From: an uncultured Verrucomicrobiae bacterium
GTDB taxonomy: Bacteria; Verrucomicrobiota; Verrucomicrobiia; Chthoniobacterales; JAFAMB01
DNA: 64,000 nucleotides
Reading direction: 5' to 3'
Assembly (NCBI GenBank): GCA_963813025.1
Contig: CAWEXO010000011.1
Location: 736,001-800,000 of the forward strand
In this document: positions 60,310 to 64,000 of the stretch, one piece after another
Layout of the letters: each line of letters starts with the position of its first letter
Position numbering within the stretch: the first letter of the stretch is position 1
Position numbers and translations under genes: made by a program
Notes under the pieces: generated by a model
What the model was told of the DNA's origin: nothing
The model's database searches: none
The model's input: only the letters and a program-made list of their open reading frames with translations

Positions 60310-63300
60310 TTAGGGAGAGTCTTCCTGGAGAGTAAGCGCGTTCTGCAGAATTCTTTCGAGGGATTCCATCCGATAATGGTTGCCCAGGATCTCCAGGCGT
60401 TCGCAAAATGTTGTGGAAGCAGGGTTACGTTGCCGCAGATGGTCGATCTCTTGCCGCAGGGCGACGATATCGCCGAGTTTTGTCAGCTCCAGACAATGTT
60501 GGAGTTCCGCCTTCGGCGGCAAAGGTTCTTCCAGGGGGCTCTGCTCCGCCTGTTCGATCGTGGAAAAAATCTTTGGGGCGGGTTTGTCGGCCGAGCTGTA
60601 AATCCAATTTAGTTTCAGGTGACGCTCTAGTACGGCCAGCAACTCCGCTTCATAGACAGGCTTCGGCAAAAAGTCGTCGAAACCGGCGGCGGTTGCTTTT
60701 TGCTTATCGTCGGCATAGACGCTGGCCGACGATGCCAGGGCAAGTAGTGGAGGACTATTCGCGAAGGCGCGCACCTCGCGAATCAAAGCATGACCGTCTT
60801 TTCCCGGCATGCGAATATCAGAGATAAGGACATCGTAAGACTGGTTCCGGAGCAGCTGAAGACACTCCTCGGGACTGTCGGCTTCAGTAACCTGGAAACC
60901 GACGTGCTGCAGCATTTCATGGAGCAGCCGGCGATTGAGCACGTTATCATCCACCACCAATACTCTTTGGCGAGGACCTTCATAACCGACGATCTGGCGG
61001 CGCTCGGACCGCGAGTCCCCCGGTGCGGTTCGGGATAGAGGCACGGAAAAACTGAACGTGCTGCCGGTGTTCTCGACGCTACGCACAGAAATTGTGCCGT
61101 GCAGTAATTCGACGATGCGGCGGCTGATATACAGGCCCAGGCCAACCCCCTGGTTATTATCCTTATTGTTCGAGGCCTGAAAAAACGGTTCGAAGATGCG
61201 TGGTAACTCCGAGGCCGGGATGCCGCTGCCGCTATCAGAAACATCAAAGACAAGAGTCGGCATGACCAGCCGAACGTTGACAGTGATGTTCCCCCGCCGA
61301 GTGAACTTCAGCGCATTGCCGAGCAGGTTCAAAAGCACCTGGCGCAGACGGAGGGGATCGGCGGAGATCCATTCAGGCGTCTTCGGGTCAATCATGTAGG
61401 CAAAATCGATTTCCTTTGTGCGGCAGCGGAGCTGAAATTCATCGACGATTGCCCCGAGCCATTTCCTGAATTGGACAGGGACCGGATTGATCGCGATTGA
61501 ACCTGCCTCGATCTTCGATAAATCGAGCATCTCATTGATCATGAGCAGAAGGTTTTCTCCGCTCTGATAAATTGTTTCCAGGCGCTTGCGCGCGATTTCG
61601 CTGAGATTGGAGTCGCGCAACAGCAAGTGAGAAAAACCCATGATACTGTTGAGCGGAGTCCGCAGTTCGTGGCTCATATTCGCTAAAAAATTTGTTTTGG
61701 CGCGATTCGCGGCTTCGGCTGCTTCCTTGGCTTCTTGCAGGCGCGCTTGGCTCTCTCGCAGATCCTGGGTCCGCTGATCCACCAGGGAAACCAGTTCGTA
61801 CTCGCGCTTTTTCAGGTGGCGCACCCGCAGCCGGATAAAAAGGGCCAGAGCGGCGCCGATAAGCGCCACATAAACCGCATAGGCCCACCAGGTGCGGAAC
61901 CAGGGCGGGTCGATCACGAACGCGAGAATATATTCCTGGCTTTGGACGCCATCAGCATCCCGGGCCCGCACATGAACACGATAGTGGCCCTCGTTGAGCG
62001 CTCCCGTTCGCCAGATCGGTTCACTGGTGAATGGCGACCATCCCGAACTCAAATTTTCGAGGCGGCTCGCGAATTCTATTTCGTTGGCGTTCGCAAAATG
62101 GTCAGTACCGAAACGGATTTGGATGTCTCTGCTGTCAAACGGCAATTCAAGCATCTCGCCCGCTCGGGGCAAGGCGATTGATTTTCCGTCGTTCGAAGAG
62201 GCGCCTTCCGGGTAGATTAAAAACGAAGTAGCCGACTTCGGCAAGTCGTCGAGATTTAGCTTTACGGCGCCAAAGCTGCCGGCGATCCACACTTCGTTCA
62301 GGTCGCCATTTTGTTCCTCGCGAATATTGAAAATCTCGCCAAGGAAATCACAAATGGCGTTGGGAATCGGTTTGCGCTTTCCATTGGAATCAACGATCCA
62401 TAGTTTTCGCTTGTCGGGCGAACGCGGGGAGCCTCCGGCTTCGTTGGTGACGAGCCAAAAATGATCGGGAGGCAGAAGACCCGGAGAAGCCAGCTCGACC
62501 GAGGCTGAGCCGAGAGCCGGTGATAAACCCAATGGGCTCGCCGAATCGTTTTCGGGATCATAAAGGAAAAGACCGGATTGCTGGCATAGCAAGACCTTGC
62601 CTTTCCAGGCGAAAACCGCCGGCGTCCCGGACTGACCGGAAGAGGGTGGGATGTTGATCGGGCGAAGCGACGGATCATTCTGATTTCTTCTTTTCAGAAG
62701 GTCCAGTCGGGTTCGATAAAATTTGTGGTCGGAGCTTGCCAGGTAAAGCTCTCCCGAAGAAGTCTCGTAGACCGCTTCGATGTTCTTGCTGAGACTGGGA
62801 ATTTGATAGCTAGAGATAACTTTTTCTGGGTGGAGTTCGACAATTCCAAGGCCATAAGCCATTCCTGCAAAAAACATGTCCGGGTAAGCCTTCGATTTCT
62901 CCAGAACAGTGATGTAATGGAGAGCACTCTGAACCGGATCTACCCGGTCGGTGCGAACATTGAAAAGCCCGACGTCGCCTCCGGCCAGGAAACCGCCAGA
63001 ATACTGGATCATCGACCACATACTCGAACTGATTTCATCGAGCCGGCGGAATCGAAAGACGTCCGCGTTGTCCTTTTCCAGCACATAAAGACCGTCTCTC
63101 GTAGAGGCATACATTCGTCCGTTGCACCGGATTAAATCACTGACGCTTCCTCGGCCAAGGCCGCTCATATGGTCGAAGATGTCCGCTGAAAAAGTCGCGT
63201 CTAACCGAGTGACGCCATTGTCGCCGACTACCCAGAGCCCATTGGAATCATCAAGAACTAGGCCTAAGATCGAGGGATCGGGAATACCATTTTCAGAAAG

Positions 63301-64000
63301 GAAAAGGCGTTTCACATTCCCATTCAGATCTACAAAGGCCAAGCCGTGTCCTCGCACCGCGAGAGCGAGGCTTTGATCGGGCAGAAGCTTGGCGGTATAA
63401 ACTCCTTGGCGGAGTAACGAGTCGATCGCGGTTTCGAGCGGTTCGAGCCTGGTATCGGAAAGGCGGAACAATCCAAGAGTGCCGGTTATCAGGATGATGT
63501 TGCCGTCCGCGGTTTCGATCGCGCCGTGAAGTCTGGTTGTTCGTAAGCGCTCATCATTGGCAACTAGCACGTACCGGTCATCGATCAGTTCCCAGAGTCC
63601 TTGCCCCATGGCCTGGACGTAAATGTGATGTGGCGTTTGGCAGACGTACCATTCGGCAGAAGTACCGGTCGGCCACGGCAAAGGGTGGAACGTGCCACCT
63701 TCAGTGAACATCAGGAGTTTATCAGAAAGGAAGTAAACTCGACTTCCTCGAACGAAGATATCCCAGATACTACCAAATTCCCTTAGCGCTTCAGGTAACT
63801 TAGGATCGACTCGCCGAAACTCGTAACCGACGGCGGTGCGCTCCAGAGTTCCGAGGACGTTATCGCCCCCGACCCAAATATTCCCCGCTTTATCGCGACC
63901 GAGCGCGCGAATAGCACCCCCAGAGGTCACCGGAACTCGGTTCCACTGAATTCCGTCAAATTCGAGAACGCCATCCAAGCTGCCGAACAGCATCGAGCCT
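60310..64000 (-). CDS. Hybrid sensor histidine kinase/response regulator with a beta-propeller sensor (5' end outside the window)
   Basis: Propeller-like repeats, [12 protein letters not shown] segment, [20 protein letters not shown] and receiver VVDDN...SDIRMP...KP. Confidence 0.92.
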   Translation of the reverse strand, partial: GSMLFGSLDGVLEFDGIQWNRVPVTSGGAIRALGRDKAGNIWVGGDNVLGTLERTAVGYEFRRVDPKLPEALREFGSIWDIFVRGSRVYFLSDKLLMFTEGGTFHPLPWPTGTSAEWYVCQTPHHIYVQAMGQGLWELIDDRYVLVANDERLRTTRLHGAIETADGNIILITGTLGLFRLSDTRLEPLETAIDSLLRQGVYTAKLLPDQSLALAVRGHGLAFVDLNGNVKRLFLSENGIPDPSILGLVLDDSNGLWVVGDNGVTRLDATFSADIFDHMSGLGRGSVSDLIRCNGRMYASTRDGLYVLEKDNADVFRFRRLDEISSSMWSMIQYSGGFLAGGDVGLFNVRTDRVDPVQSALHYITVLEKSKAYPDMFFAGMAYGLGIVELHPEKVISSYQIPSLSKNIEAVYETSSGELYLASSDHKFYRTRLDLLKRRNQNDPSLRPINIPPSSGQSGTPAVFAWKGKVLLCQQSGLFLYDPENDSASPLGLSPALGSASVELASPGLLPPDHFWLVTNEAGGSPRSPDKRKLWIVDSNGKRKPIPNAICDFLGEIFNIREEQNGDLNEVWIAGSFGAVKLNLDDLPKSATSFLIYPEGASSNDGKSIALPRAGEMLELPFDSRDIQIRFGTDHFANANEIEFASRLENLSSGWSPFTSEPIWRTGALNEGHYRVHVRARDADGVQSQEYILAFVIDPPWFRTWWAYAVYVALIGAALALFIRLRVRHLKKREYELVSLVDQRTQDLRESQARLQEAKEAAEAANRAKTNFLANMSHELRTPLNSIMGFSHLLLRDSNLSEIARKRLETIYQSGENLLLMINEMLDLSKIEAGSIAINPVPVQFRKWLGAIVDEFQLRCRTKEIDFAYMIDPKTPEWISADPLRLRQVLLNLLGNALKFTRRGNITVNVRLVMPTLVFDVSDSGSGIPASELPRIFEPFFQASNNKDNNQGVGLGLYISRRIVELLHGTISVRSVENTGSTFSFSVPLSRTAPGDSRSERRQIVGYEGPRQRVLVVDDNVLNRRLLHEMLQHVGFQVTEADSPEECLQLLRNQSYDVLISDIRMPGKDGHALIREVRAFANSPPLLALASSASVYADDKQKATAAGFDDFLPKPVYEAELLAVLERHLKLNWIYSSADKPAPKIFSTIEQAEQSPLEEPLPPKAELQHCLELTKLGDIVALRQEIDHLRQRNPASTTFCERLEILGNHYRMESLERILQNALTLQEDSP

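Noticed and set aside
1..64000. tRNA, rRNA, riboswitch, prophage or integrase
   Set aside because: None was recognised by eye. A covariance-model scan would be needed to exclude small RNAs in the repeat-rich intergenic regions.

Overview
Bacterial chromosomal segment, moderately GC-rich. Gene content and the dense REP-like and short tandem repeats suggest a soil Verrucomicrobiota (Chthoniobacterales-like) genome; this is an inference. It contains an Mrp-type antiporter operon with glutaminase and transglutaminase, an intact IS630, SDR/MFS/RND/GltS genes, KdoO and a desaturase, housekeeping genes (hisF, Fur family, rarA, sppA, phoU, lutABC, hom-thrC-lysC, alr), three toxin-antitoxin pairs plus an orphan RelE-like gene, an hsdM remnant, and a partial hybrid histidine kinase. 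Many genes between about 10.3 and 22.5 kb carry single-base frameshifts, probably long-read consensus errors. The most notable feature is a translationally coupled three-gene minus-strand operon at 18588-20926 that the ORF track fragments. It encodes a short precursor with a twin-arginine-like leader and four Arg/Gly-spaced W-[IL]-N-R-W repeats, a degenerate SPASM-tailed partner lacking the radical-SAM motif, and a radical SAM/SPASM enzyme. This is a candidate Tat-exported, cyclophane (triceptide-like) RiPP system. No rRNA, tRNA or CRISPR array was recognised.
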